Source: Podarcis filfolensis
Lineage: Eukaryota
Strand: one strand, 5' to 3'
Length of the DNA: 64,000 bases
Assembly (NCBI GenBank): GCA_964270895.1
Contig: OZ185436.1
Both the position numbers and the translations under genes were made by a program. Every line of letters begins with the position of its first letter. The stretch's first letter is position 1. Shown here in pieces: positions 34,734-46,530 of this stretch. The notes below the pieces were generated by a model that was not told the origin of the DNA, ran no database searches, and saw nothing but the letters and a program-made list of their open reading frames with translations.

Positions 34734-34821
34734 CTAGCATGGAGAAAGGAAAGTTATCTAGAGGTATCTACACTGAAAATGAGCCAAGGCTTCAAGGACT
34801 TCCATGAAGTCCTCAGCTTCC

Positions 34822-34856
<35 letters not shown>

Positions 34857-34907
34857 CGGACTCAGAGAGAGTGCACCAAGGCTCCTTCCTGGAAATCTGT
34901 TTCTTAC

Positions 34908-34952
34908 CTTTTCTCCTCGAGGGCCTGGAATCCCTCGATCACCTTTGGGACC
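34908..34952 (-). CDS. COL7A1: COL7A1 exon-90 equivalent (45 nt)
   Basis: GPKGDRGIPGPRGEK. Confidence 0.96.
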
Positions 34953-35048
34953 CTGTAAAGTAGAAAGATCAGCATTGATACCTGGCTTGGGAAACAAGAG
35001 TCTGAGAAACAGAAATGGGGAAAAAGGTAGTAAGAAAGGCCAACGCAC

Positions 35049-35090
35049 CGGTTTCCCAAAAATTTCCCCATCAAAGTCACCTGGTGAACC
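35049..35090 (-). CDS. COL7A1: COL7A1 exon-89 equivalent (42 nt)
   Basis: GSPGDFDGEIFGKP; AG/GTGCG. Confidence 0.93.
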
Positions 35091-35845
35091 CTAAAACAGA
35101 TAATGTAGATTATCAGTACTTCTGAAGCTTCCCTTCAAATCCAGTCAACCTTCCCACCGCACCCTCAAAAGTTGGTATTCTCTTCTCCCCACACTTCCAG
35201 AAAGTAAGTGGCAGGCACATTTGTTTTATCTGACTGAATTTAGTTCCCTCTTTAGATTCCATGAAGACTATGGAACACAGAGAGAGTATGCTCCTTTTTC
35301 AGTCTTGCTGGAAAATTTTTGAAACAGAAGAGCCATAGCTCACGGCGCTAGTGAACAGGCAGCACAGTTCTGACAAGTTATGGCATCCGAGTTCCATGAT
35401 ACAGTTTGAAAGCTCTACATGAGGTCACCACTATGCGGAAGCTCAGCAGGTCTGGGTCAGTGGCTGGATGGGCCACCACCTGCGAACCAGACAAACATGA
35501 CCTTGGATTGCATGACAGAAGTATGGTTAGCTATAAGTGTAAGAAAATATAAAATAAATTAGCACTGATCTGCACCCACTGCAGACACCACCACTTTTCA
35601 AGGGGTAATATTTGTACGGCAAGCAGATTTCGAGTCATAATCCTGAAACTGCTTCTACAATCCTCACTGAGCTGCCAAAGGACCCAGGTCTGCTGTATTT
35701 CTGTCAACTTGTGCCGCCAGAATGCATCATACTGTTGTTCAGTACACCGTACCAGGCGGGCCCAAGACATTTGGGCATCAGAGGTGACCCCCAAATTGGT
35801 GCCCCTCACCTTGTTCTCTATACTGTTTTCCTGTTTTTAGCTTAC

Positions 35846-35881
35846 CTTCTCGCCTTTTGCTCCAGGAGGCCCCACAACACT
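35846..35881 (-). CDS. COL7A1: COL7A1 exon-88 equivalent (36 nt)
   Basis: SVVGPPGAKGEK. Confidence 0.95.
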
Positions 35882-36251
35882 CTATAGACAGTCAGGGAGA
35901 AAGAGAGATGGATGCTTAAAAGCAAAGTGAGACAATTACCTTTATTGGTAATTTTAATTTAATGTTCTTGCTGTTTTGTAAGCCGCTTTGAGGTTTTACT
36001 AGAATTGAACGGTATATTGAATTTCATTAAATAAAATAAAACAAAACAGAGACAATGCTCATTGTAAAAAAAAATTGTAACTGTCTTTTTTTTTTTTTAG
36101 TTTGCAAGTCATCTTGAGTCCTTCCAAATGCAGTGATAAAAATATTTTAAACAAATAACCATTAGAAACAATGTATATTTGGAAAATTCAGCCAGTATTT
36201 ACTAGAACAAAAATATTTAGTAGAACAAATGTGAGAAAGATAAAGCATATG

Positions 36252-36686
36252 TGTCAGGGAACTGACATCGGAGCCAGAAGTGGAGGCAGGTCTCCCAAGC
36301 GATGCCGGAGAAGGGCCAAGCAGGGAGAGAGGGGACTCATCAGCTGGGGAAGGAAATCAGTGTAACACCAGGGATAAAGGGGGGCGGAGGGGGGAATCGG
36401 AGAGAGGGCTCCAGGACTCTTCGCTGGAGACCAGCGGGGAGAGCACAGGTCCTCCGCTACCCACACCCACCCTGCGCAGAAGACTTCCGCGCAGGGAAAG
36501 TAGGCGTAGACTTGGCGTCAAAGAACTTCTTTGCTGGAAAAAGTTCAAGAAACGCCCACTGAGGGATTCTGCTAGCGACTGAACAGCCACGAAGTGAAGG
36601 GCTGTCCAGCCAGGAAAGGTTTAACCAGGCTACCTAGCCAGGAGTGGCGGCAACTTACGCACGAGCAACCCCATATAACCATTACA
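36252..36686 (+). mobile_element. Solo LTR (probably Gypsy-like)
   Basis: TG...CA termini (TGTCAGGG...CCATTACA); perfect 5-bp TSD ATATG at 36247-36251 and 36687-36691; CpG-rich. Confidence 0.8.
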
Positions 36687-36721
36687 ATATGCTCCAGAAG
36701 AAAAAGAAGATTGTTACTCAC

Positions 36722-36790
36722 TTGTCCTGGGAGCCCAGCATCCCCAGGTTCTCCTTTGGGTCCGGCAGGTCCTGCTGGTCCTGGGACACC
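36722..36790 (-). CDS. COL7A1: COL7A1 exon-87 equivalent (69 nt)
   Basis: GVPGPAGPAGPKGEPGDAGLPGQ. Confidence 0.96.
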
Positions 36791-37399
36791 CTGAAAAGCA
36801 GTTAATAACATGTAAGACTTTAGGTAGGCTCCCTTGCCCCACAATGACAATGCAATTCTATGCATATTTACTTGGAAGCAAGTCTCATTGTGTTAAATGT
36901 TTCTTACTCCCCTGGGCTGTGCAATCAGGATTGCAGCTAGCAACTCTCAAATGCCTGGGAGCAGTGGCTTCTTTGAAGAGGAGGACTTCACATAAAAGGT
37001 GGCCTCTTTGACCATAAAGTATGGCTACTGTAATTCATTTTCAAACCACTGCCCTATGTCTTGAATTCAGCTTCAAAAATGGCAAACTTGACCCTATCAA
37101 AAAACGCGATCTGAACCACTACAGGAAATACTTTACTGCTGTCTAACCTGCAAGCTTAATCCTTGCGCTTCATACAAAACGATAGAGTTAGGTGGCTTAG
37201 AATATTTTTTCTGTTCTGCATATGATGCCACAGAGGTATTAAGAATGCAAAGTTGATGAATCAAGTCCGTTTTCTGTAACCAAACCTTGGTTGCACAGGC
37301 AAGGCGAGATCATGTAAGTGGAGTCTTGGTGTCTTGCCCAGTCTTGAAAAGAATCACAGTTTAGATAGGAAGCTTACAACCTCACACTGCAGGCCATAC

Positions 37400-37480
37400 C
37401 ATTTTCCCAGGCAGTCCAGGTTCCCCGTCTTTCCCTGGCACTCCATCCCTTCCTGGCACACCTAGCTTCCCAGGTTCACC
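37400..37480 (-). CDS. COL7A1: COL7A1 exon-86 equivalent (81 nt)
   Basis: GEPGKLGVPGRDGVPGKDGEPGLPGKM. Confidence 0.96.
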
Positions 37481-37879
37481 CTAAGACATGGAGAGAAAAC
37501 AGCTGGAATTATTGCCTGCACTTGTCTGTACACGGGGGACAACAGAGGCAATATATTTTGCAACGAAATCATTCCGTATTGTTTTGGACAAACAGGTTTG
37601 CTCAGAGGGCACGGTGGCCAGGGAACCAGTTGCATATTGGGTGTGTTCGGCTAAATGGGCAACGAGAATGAATCCCACCACACAGGAAGAGGAGAATTGG
37701 TTAGTGAAGCTGCTCTTTGTCAAAAAGACAAACACAAGGGCATTAGGCCCGAAATGTACCAATGGGGGTTCAACTCAAGCAGGCACCAAAGCCTGAATCA
37801 TTGAAGAACGACCATTGGTTGCGTAAAGTGGCATGGCGTGTGGAGGAGTTTGTTGGCATATGGTGCAAAGCAAGCTTAC

Positions 37880-37915
37880 CACTTGTCCTGGCAACCCTGG
37901 AGGGCCCTGTTGACC
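37880..37915 (-). CDS. COL7A1: COL7A1 exon-85 equivalent (36 nt)
   Basis: GQQGPPGLPGQV. Confidence 0.95.
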
Positions 37916-38026
37916 CTGAAAATAAACACAAACAAGAAGCATCAATAAACATGAAGGAGGAGACATGAACTTCCCAACCTAATTCTCCAATAGCTCTGAA
38001 GCTAGGGAAACATATTGGTCACGTAC

Positions 38027-38089
38027 TGCAGGTCCCGGTGGTCCTACTGATCCTGGGAGTCCAACATTCCCCTGGAGACCCGGTAAACC
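38027..38089 (-). CDS. COL7A1: COL7A1 exon-84 equivalent (63 nt)
   Basis: GLPGLQGNVGLPGSVGPPGPA. Confidence 0.96.
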
Positions 38090-38330
38090 CTGCAATGAAG
38101 AGATGAGAAAGCTCTGATCAAACTTACACTCAGCCGGACCAATGGTACTGAATTCCCAACTAACAGGGCTTTTCAAGAAACACTGAGATATCAACAGTCA
38201 GAAAGGAAAGGTCAAACTCATGAGAACCACTTAGGCAATGGGCGAAGGCCCTGAAATGACATCTGTTAAGCTAGGAGACTAGGAACCAGCAGGAAAGCTG
38301 GGCTGGGGAGGGAAGGCTAGAGGTACTTAC

Positions 38331-38363
38331 TCGGATGCTGGAGCCAGGCTCTCCTGCATCGCC
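38331..38363 (-). CDS. COL7A1: COL7A1 exon-83 equivalent (33 nt)
   Basis: GDAGEPGSSIR; AG/GTAAG. Confidence 0.93.
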
Positions 38364-38678
38364 CTGTAAATAGGAAGAATAAAATGCAACAACTCACTAT
38401 TATGAATCTGTGTCGGTCAGATACGTAAGTTTTAATTGCTTCCTTTTCTGCAAAGGTGTGGGCTAACCACCTGGCATAATAGGGTTCCTGTGCCACTTTT
38501 TATTATTATTATAGAAACAGAGTTCTCCATGGGAATTCAGAGATGTGTTTGTGGTGTTCCCAGCAGGCAATGGTGAAGGCTGGGAGTATAAGCCTCCAGC
38601 TGTCACTGGTTTGGGTAGAAAGTAGTTCTAAAAGCCCTATCATTCTTTGGCTTCTTGGTGATCAAATCAGATACATAC

Positions 38679-38723
38679 CTTTATTCCAGGTGGACCTTGA
38701 GCGCCCGGAGGGCCAATAGGACC
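38679..38723 (-). CDS. COL7A1: COL7A1 exon-82 equivalent (45 nt)
   Basis: GPIGPPGAQGPPGIK. Confidence 0.96.
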
Positions 38724-39020
38724 CTGAAAAGAAAAAAGGCAATTATTTTCAGTAACCAAAGCACAACAAGGTTGATACTGAATGAAGGAAGCAACTATTG
38801 CCAGAAATCTCTTGTGCAATACATCATATTCTGTCTCCGATCAAGTCGGAGCTGGTGTCTCCTGTCAGAACTTAGCCTACTAGATAATGGAACAATCCAG
38901 ACTGCACACACTACATATCCTTACCCCAAACACTGAGGACCCTTATTTTTCTATGCATGGTTGGCTAAGCGGATTTTAGGATGCAATAGCATCTCATGGA
39001 AAAAAGCCAGTTTTACTTAC

Positions 39021-39056
39021 AGGAGGGCCTGGTGGTCCAGTATCTCCCTGGTTGCC
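39021..39056 (-). CDS. COL7A1: COL7A1 exon-81 equivalent (36 nt)
   Basis: GNQGDTGPPGPP. Confidence 0.95.
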
Positions 39057-40225
39057 CTGAAATGAATGAAGAAACATAATCAGTACTGCAAATGGAGCAC
39101 TGAAACCAAAGCTCAGTATATGAATTTCTCTTCCTGGAGAGCTCTCCACTTTGGGACAGTTCAGAGATATTTTCACCACTGAATTTCCAAAATGCAATCA
39201 AGCTTCTTCATGCTCGCAGACACTTAGGGAAAGGATTGTGTGAACTGGCAGGACACAGTACATTTCCCAGTGATTCTCCACAAACCACACCTGTACTTTT
39301 TTGGGTGTTGCAATGACTGCGTAAGTTCCTGTGAAGCATACTTGTATACTTGCACACCTCCAGTTCACAAAATAAATTTCTTTGTACTCATCACATCTCT
39401 CAATTGGTTCACAGGGAGAGGAAAAACAACCTCTAAATTATTGGGGTAAGGGAGGAAAGCCTGAGGCAGAGAGATGGTCGTTTGGTCTATTGCAGAGATC
39501 TTTAGCCCCAGCCTGGGGGTCTGACCTGACCCTCCAAGCACTTTTGATGCCACCTGTAAGGTCCCACTTATTTTAGTAGTGGCAGCAAAAAAGGGGGGGA
39601 AGGGACGACAAATAAAGTCAACACAGCTCAGCACCCGGATGCAGAAGCAAATGACTCCTTCACTTGTCACCAGATGAATCATTTGATGAGCAGGGAGTGG
39701 GTGATAACCCTTCTTCCTCAGCTGATATGCATGGGTCACCTGAGAAGAGCTGTGAGTCCTTTGAGTGGCCACACCCACCACTGATACACAGGTGCTAGAG
39801 GGTTGGCTAAGGGTGAATATGGTCCTCAGGCCAAAAAAACATGGTTAGCCACTCCTGGTCTACAATCACCCAGTGACCTCATGGTTTAATTGCTATTAGT
39901 GCTGTGGACTCTCCCTCATGCATTTACTCCAACAACATCAACAATGGTTTACAAATATTAACTGCAAGCTTCATTAACTTGAACCCCCATTCAACAGGTA
40001 CAGAGAGAGGTAAAAATGGCTTCATTTCTTCTGGACCCAGGCCTCTGCTTTGACCGCTCTGCCAACGACTTCCCCCTGCCCCGACCTTCTCCCCTACAAA
40101 GCTTATAGCGCAATGTGAAGACAAAAATACTCCATAGACTGTTAGCAAGAGGCATATTGCTATATGCAAGGTGAGGGGCAAGTGAAATACAGCAAGCAGG
40201 TGGGAGAAGCAAAGGGAGCACCTAC

Positions 40226-40261
40226 CGGTCTGCCCAGAACTCCGGGGAAGCCTGGCAAGCC
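40226..40261 (-). CDS. COL7A1: Additional COL7A1 Gly-X-Y exon (36 nt) between the exon 80 and 81 equivalents
   Basis: GLPGFPGVLGRP, four perfect triplets, phase 0-0, TTTGCAG / GTAGG. Confidence 0.88.
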
Positions 40262-40494
40262 CTGCAAAGATCCAATTCAAATATCCAGAGAGTTAGCAAG
40301 ACCCAGAGCAATCCCTCAAGCAAGCCTTGCTTGGCCCTTGCCTTATCTCACAACACAATGCCAAGGCAGAGCTGCTCCTACTGCACCAGAGACAGACAGA
40401 CAGAGAGAGAAAAGAGAGACAGCGAACAAGCGGAGGAAGCCAACCACAGCCAATGACTCAGGTCAGCTGAGGCCTACCAAGAAAGGTTACTTAC

Positions 40495-40530
40495 AGCTGG
40501 GCCGGAGGGCCCTCTAACACCCTGCAGGCC
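40495..40530 (-). CDS. COL7A1: COL7A1 exon-80 equivalent (36 nt)
   Basis: GLQGVRGPSGPA. Confidence 0.95.
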
Positions 40531-40635
40531 CTGGATGGGAGGGAATGACACAGAAAACAGACGCACATGAACCAGCAATATAAAGCACTCCGACAAAGGG
40601 GACAGGCTGTCCTCTGAATGGCCTGGAAACATACA

Positions 40636-40822
40636 CCTTGGAAGTCGAACGGAATCCGTTCTGGAAGTCCGTTCGACTTCAAAAGCATTTGGGGACCAAG
40701 GCTCCTGCAGCCAATCAAAAGCTGTGTCAGACTTTTGGGTTCCAAAGAACGTTCGCAAACTGGAACACTCACTTCCAGGTTTGTGGTGTTCAGGAGCCAA
40801 AACGTTCAAATTGCAAGGGGGG
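40636..40822. mobile_element. Truncated Tc1/mariner (Tigger-like) MITE
   Basis: Perfect 13-bp inverted repeat GAAGTCGAACGGA (40641-40653) / TCCGTTCGACTTC (40668-40680); family assignment is from recollection of squamate MITEs. Confidence 0.55.
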
Positions 40823-42071
40823 CGGGAGATTTGAGGCTGCTATCCTGTTTCCTCTTGGCTGTCTGAAGTGCCGAGTTCTGTCCCAAAAGGGAGCTCCCCT
40901 GCACAAAGGAGCTCTACTGAGGCAGATTTAAGGCTATGGCTTCTGTGAACACCACACAGACCATTCCACTGGGGCTCCTTAGGCCTTAAGAAAGTGAGGA
41001 CATGACATCACAGACAGTGTGCGGAAGCTTCCAGTCATTTGTCTGGATGCTTGAATGCTTCTGAACATTCTTATGGAGCAGGGCTGCTCCACTCAGTAGA
41101 AGAACCGGGCTGAACTGTTGAACAACCCTCACTGCAGGTTTTGGAGAATAGGAAGCTCCTTCAGTTGAGTCCTCTTCAGTAGGATGATGGCCTGCAAGGG
41201 ACAGCATCGATGGAAGGTGGATTCCCGCAAAAATCCACTGTGTTCTCAAGGCAACAGGGTGGGGTGGGGAGTGTCCTAAAAATGGTTTGTTACATCAGCG
41301 TAGAACACTCAACACAAAAGGCAAAGCACGTTATTACTGTGGGGAAGGAAGGAGGCACACTGCAACACAGAGATGGATTCCAACCAGGTGTGAAAGGAAA
41401 ATGCATTATGAAGAGAATCCTCTATCCCCACGCTATCTCTTCTCCTTGAATCTCACCCTTGCTTTCTGCTGCTGGTAAAGCACTGTCTGCCCCACAAGCA
41501 GAAGGATCACCCCTTGCCCATCACCACTCAGGGCTCCTAGTGCCTCAGGGATTCAACCCAGACTCCATGGGTCAGAGTGAGGAGCATCACAAGTGCCCAG
41601 CCTAGCAGACACTACTATTATCAATATGTAAAGGGGAAAATAAGAGCAACTTATAAATTTTGAAAAACTGAAGAAAAAATCTCTTTGGAGATCTGGTACA
41701 ATTATGTCTGGACTATGACGCTAGCACAGATGTTAAGAAAGTGGAGAAGAGGTAGCATGAAGTACTTCTACAATGGATGACTTTGTGGAACAAGGCTGCT
41801 ACTGCAGCTTCAGAGCTTGTAGTAACCAACAATCTGGTCAGATAAAACCACCAGCTACACAGACAACCTCTGGAAGAACATATTCAGATGGACAAGTTCT
41901 GCAAAACAAGTTCTGCAAAATATGCAGAATATGAAACAAACCTCAAACACAAAGCATTCAGAAAGTAACAGTGTGTGCTTCTGTATGTAATTGTATTGCT
42001 TCTTATAAAAAGAAATAACAAGTTGAATATTATAATATAATATAATAAATATAAAAATATTGTCTCTCTGC

Positions 42072-42313
42072 CAGGGTGTCCCAAAAGTAGGTATACTGCT
42101 TTAGAATCCACTTTCTTTGTTCTTGACTCAAGTTCGCTGTCATCATTTCACAGTATCAGTAAAGAAAAATAATCCTTTTATCTGACTCCACTATACTTTC
42201 CAACTGCCAGCCTGAAATTTAACTGCCACTTTGTTGTGTGTTAGTTATGTGTACCCATATAATCCGTTGTGATGAATTTCACTGATTCAACTGTAAACTT
42301 TTAGGCCACCCTG
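42072..42313. mobile_element. Possible old Tc1/mariner MITE
   Basis: CAGGGTGTCCCAAAAGT / ACTTTTAGGCCACCCTG, 15 of 17 match; TA flank only on the right. Confidence 0.45.
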
Positions 42314-42599
42314 TACTATACAGATTTATGTGTGGCAGATGGAAAGCCTTGAAGCAAGACTTATGTTCCTGGAATGCCAGTTTAGCAACTGTTTTCAGAA
42401 GGCTATGGAGAGAAAGCCTAGGCTGGACCTGGGGAATACGACTTGTGGATTTCAATAAGCCCACCCTCCACCTTTCCTCCTAAAATTTGAGCTCTGAATC
42501 TTTCTCTTTGCTCTCTCTTTCCTGCCTTCTGTCCTACTCCCCAAATCACACACATTTCCCACCCCAGTACTGAGGCTTCCTCCCCCCACTTTTACTTAC

Positions 42600-42644
42600 T
42601 GCTTTCCCTTCTGGGCCAGGGAGGCCTCTTTCTCCTGGAAGGCC
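42600..42644 (-). CDS. COL7A1: COL7A1 exon-79 equivalent (45 nt)
   Basis: GLPGERGLPGPEGKA. Confidence 0.96.
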
Positions 42645-42889
42645 CTAGAGCAAAATAAAATTCAAGGTCATTGAGAGAAAACAGAAGGCCAACAAGGCAT
42701 CAAATACCACCTCTGCAGCCACAGCGTAATACAGCATCAAATGCAGGTGGGTGTGGAATATGTCCCCAAACCCCACTGCTCCTCAAAGCAGGGTGCTGTT
42801 TATTATTAGAAGAAGCAGTGGCAGCTGTGATTTCAGAACTATGTTCCCCCTGCCACCATTTCCAACAGTGGTCCATCACCAATACTTAC

Positions 42890-42952
42890 TGGAGCGCCAT
42901 CCCTGCCTCTCTCGCCGGCTTCACCTCTCTCCCCTTTCTGCCCAGTTTCACC
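42890..42952 (-). CDS. COL7A1: COL7A1 exon-78 equivalent (63 nt)
   Basis: GETGQKGERGEAGERGRDGAP. Confidence 0.96.
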
Positions 42953-43837
42953 CTGCAATTCAAAATGTTGTTTGTTGAAAGGCAAGTAGGCGGGCCCTTT
43001 GTTCCAACGTTCCATCCCGAGGGCCAATCCATATCCAGCTCTCCTTGACTGCCCACTATGATGCGTTTGTCTGCATTGCTTCCCCAGGAGACCAGGATGG
43101 GACTTGGGCTCAGTTCAACCGAGGACATGGATGGAGGCTGCCAATGTTTTGGGACAGCCCTGGCTCACCACCACCCCTGAGAAATAGTGAGAAGTGTGGG
43201 GATGCACACATCAAGAGCAAACCTGAAAAAAGTAAGCACGTGAAGTCTCACTGGAATCAGTTTATTTTGATATTATTTAGTACATTCATGTCCCACCTTT
43301 CTTCCAGGCCCTTGAACCAGAACTTTATGCTATCCTGGCATAAAGGAAGTTTAAGACCATGAACCCAGAGAGAGCCGAGACCCTAACCCTCGAGGAATGG
43401 AGTGCCAGCAGTCATTATCCATGGTTTCCACCCCAATTCTGGGAGTGGAGTAGGATCCTTTGGTACTGGAAGGGGATGCGGCGGGGAGAATAACCATGGG
43501 AATAAGCAAGCCAAGCTCCCAAAGCTGAGTTCTGAAGGAAAGCATGGCGAGGCCAGGAAATTCCTGCTTTGGTGAACAGGGATACCCCACTCTTAGTCAT
43601 AGCTGCTGTTGCACCCCTGCTTGGGTGGAGGGCAAGTAACCCCTCTTTTGGCTCAGCACTGCTGAGTTCTTCATGAAACCCATGAAAGGGATAGAGAAAA
43701 AGAAGAATTTTCAAAGCAAGATAAAAGCCAAACACTCGGCAGGAAAGAAAAGGTCCCCCTCTTGGCAAGCGAAGGCACAGAGCAGGCACAGGGGAAGCCG
43801 GAGAGATGCAGGGGCGGGAGACTTACTATACTCAGAC

Positions 43838-43882
43838 CTTATCGCCTCTAGAGCCTTTCTCGCCATCTTCTCCTGGCTCTCC
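43838..43882 (-). CDS. COL7A1: COL7A1 exon-77 equivalent (45 nt)
   Basis: GEPGEDGEKGSRGDK; donor AAG/GTCTGA. Confidence 0.93.
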
Positions 43883-44828
43883 CTGTACAAGCGGAAGGAA
43901 AAAAGGAATTGTTTGCTGCAAGCCTCAAAGAAGTGTGTTCTAGTCCATGGATGGGGAATCTGTGGCCCTCTGGGGAACTGCTGGGGTACAGCCCTCATCA
44001 ACCCAATCACTGGCTATGGCAGAAGGGATCTGGGAATCCATCATACGGAGGGTCAGGGATGCTTCATTCCTGGTCTAGTTATTTTTCATCACCCATAATG
44101 CCCAAGTAGTAACAAATGCCATCATGTGAAGCTCAACAATGATGCCTACATTGCTACCTTGCTCCTCCCAAGATTGTGTCTATCACATGGTTCACACCTT
44201 TGCTGTTGTTTTCATTTTTCAAATTACTAAGGCTGTAATTTACTAGGCAAAGATTTAAGACAGCCATCCTATGCACACTTATTTGGAAGCAAGTCTCAGT
44301 GAACTCAAAAGGACTTACTTTTGAGCAGACCTATGCTGGATTGTGATGCAGTTAACTAATGTTTAAGTTAATCTTTTAGCAAATTTTAACAGATGAGTGT
44401 TAAAAGGGAAGCAGAAAGAACATATTGAAGATTTCTAATATAGTCTTTTTATGTTGTCTCATCACATTCTTCATTATCTCAAAATGGCAGATAAATTGAG
44501 GGTGTGCTATTCAGCAAATCTGTTTATATTTTATCAACTGGTTAAAAAACCCCGATGCCCCACTAAAGGGGGGAAAGTTTACAATACTGCAGTCTCAGAT
44601 TCTGTTGTGGGTTGAAAGGCTCCCTGATTTGGGGAGCTAAATGCCAGTTCTGTTATCATTCATGGTCAGAAAAATACAGGACTCAGATCTGAAATTATTA
44701 AAACCACTAGAAGAGTGGAGCATAGCCCTATTCCGGGGAGGAGGGGGGAACTTCCCTAAAGCCGCTCTGTGCATAGGTAGGGAAGTCTCCATTGGCTGAG
44801 AAAAGACTGGCATGGAAAGGGCACTAAC

Positions 44829-44900
44829 CTTGCTTCCCTTGGGTCCTGTAGCCCCACGCTCTCCTGGAAGCCCCGGGAGGCCCCCTTCCGCTCCATCCAC
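44829..44900 (-). CDS. COL7A1: COL7A1 exon-76 equivalent (72 nt)
   Basis: VDGAEGGLPGLPGERGATGPKGSK. Confidence 0.95.
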
Positions 44901-45156
44901 CTGGAAAAATAAGAAGAATTGCACATGGGGTTTCTCCTCCTGCACAGAGACAAGACCTTGCACACTGTCTGTACTCCGACAGAAAGTCACATACTGTTCT
45001 CCACTACATGCAAAGAACATTTATGTGGATATTCCAATACTTGGATAACCTCTCAAGAACTAACCGCTAATAGAGCTGTAGGAATTGCTTGACTTAATCA
45101 GGGTACCTGTGTCTGTTCCACATGCAGTTTAGGATCCATCTTTCCCTGGGTATAAA

Positions 45157-45302
45157 ACTGTAGAGTTGGAAGGGACACTGAGAATCATCTAGTCCAACCC
45201 CCTGCAATGCAGGAATATGCAGCTGTCCCTAACAGGGATCAAACCTGCAACCTTGGCATTATCAGCACCATGCTGTAACCAACTGAGCTATCCAAGCTAT
45301 CC
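45157..45302 (-). mobile_element. tRNA-head SINE with CR1-derived tail (Squam2-like)
   Basis: Reverse complement starts GGATAGCTCAGTTGGTT, B-box-like GGTTTGATCCC, tail TTCCTGCATTGCAGGGGGTTGGACTAGATGA...CCCTTCCAACTCTAC. Confidence 0.75.
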
Positions 45303-45342
45303 CTCATGCTTGATTAAATCTGTTGATTTTTCTAGGCTATGA

Positions 45343-45589
45343 GAGCCAGTGTGGTGTAGTGGTTAAGAGCGGTAGTCTCGTAATCTGGGGAACCGGGTTC
45401 GCGTCTCCGCTCTTCCACATGCAGCTGCTGGGTGACCTTGGGCCAGTCACACTTCTCTGAAGTCTCTCAGCCCCACTCACCTCACAGAGTGTTTGTTGTG
45501 GGGGAGGAAGGGAAAGGAGAATGTTAGCCGCTTTGAGACTCCTTAAAGGGAGTGAAAGGCGGGATATCAAATCCAAACTCTTCCTCTTC
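45343..45589 (+). mobile_element. Full-length Squam3-type SINE
   Basis: GAGCCAGTGTGGTGTAGTGGTTAAGAGC head, (CTT)n-like tail; 13-bp TSD TTCTAGGCTATGA at 45330-45342 and 45590-45602. Confidence 0.9.
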
Positions 45590-45651
45590 TTCTAGGCTAT
45601 GACCCAAATTCAAAAAAGTTCACACAGAATCAAACTTAAGCCCAGGAGCAG

Positions 45652-45654
<3 letters not shown>

Positions 45655-45689
<35 letters not shown>
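45655..45689. repeat. (TG)n microsatellite
   Basis: Direct tandem run. Confidence 0.95.
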
Positions 45690-45691
<2 letters not shown>

Positions 45692-46494
45692 GGGGGTGTG
45701 TGAGATTGACCTCACATTGATGGGCATTCATAACTTACTCATTGAGCTTTTTCTAGTTAACTAAAGTGGACAGCGAAATTTGAAGACCCTGGACTCAGCT
45801 GGAAGACGGGCAATGCTTAATACTATCTTCTGAGGCTTGGTATCAATTTAGAGCAGCATGTGTTAGGAAAAAGCTTTAATTTTTATTCCCATTAGAAATC
45901 TAGCCAGTAAGTAGGCAGGGCAAAATAGCAACAGAGGAAGGAGTAAAGGGATGGGATCTGTTTGAGCTTCAAAACACTGAATTGCCAGTCCAAGGAAGCA
46001 CACAAGGCTGTCTAGGGCAAGGCATTCATGGCCACAGGGTACAATCCACAAGGACCAGAAGCAGAAGAACATGTCTATGTCTCCCCTTTTCTTGGGTTTT
46101 CTCACAGGGATTTTCTCACAGAGTTCAAAGAATTCAGGATATAACTCAACACCATTTTACATTGACTTATTATAGGTCTTCCTCGTGTTACATTCAATAA
46201 GTGTACCATTTGTGCTCACAAGAGCTGGGCTGTACAAATCAAACTATGTGCATTCTTTTACAAAAATAAAAAAGTGTACATTCTTTTACAAAAATATATG
46301 CGCTTGTGTAGAAACAGCTTTTAGCTGTGTTTAGTACAATATGTGAACAAGCTTAATATGAGTTCAGCATCTAAGGGACGGGGACACACACACACACATG
46401 CGCGCGCACACACACACATGTCCCCAGATGCTGAGCTCATATTAACCCCCCCCCCCCACACACATATATATATATGGTTGAAGGAATCACTCAC

Positions 46495-46530
46495 CCTGGG
46501 TCCTGGTGGCCCTTGTAAGCCATCTCTGCC
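46495..46530 (-). CDS. COL7A1: COL7A1 exon-75 equivalent (36 nt)
   Basis: GRDGLQGPPGPR. Confidence 0.93.

Noticed and set aside
40030-40095. Gly-rich minus-strand segment after TTTGTAG near the extra collagen exon
   Set aside because: No Gly-X-Y periodicity in any frame and no convincing donor.
41133-41191. 59-nt AG...GTGAG segment as a poison exon
   Set aside because: Not a multiple of 3, non-collagenous, and such pairs are frequent by chance in long introns.
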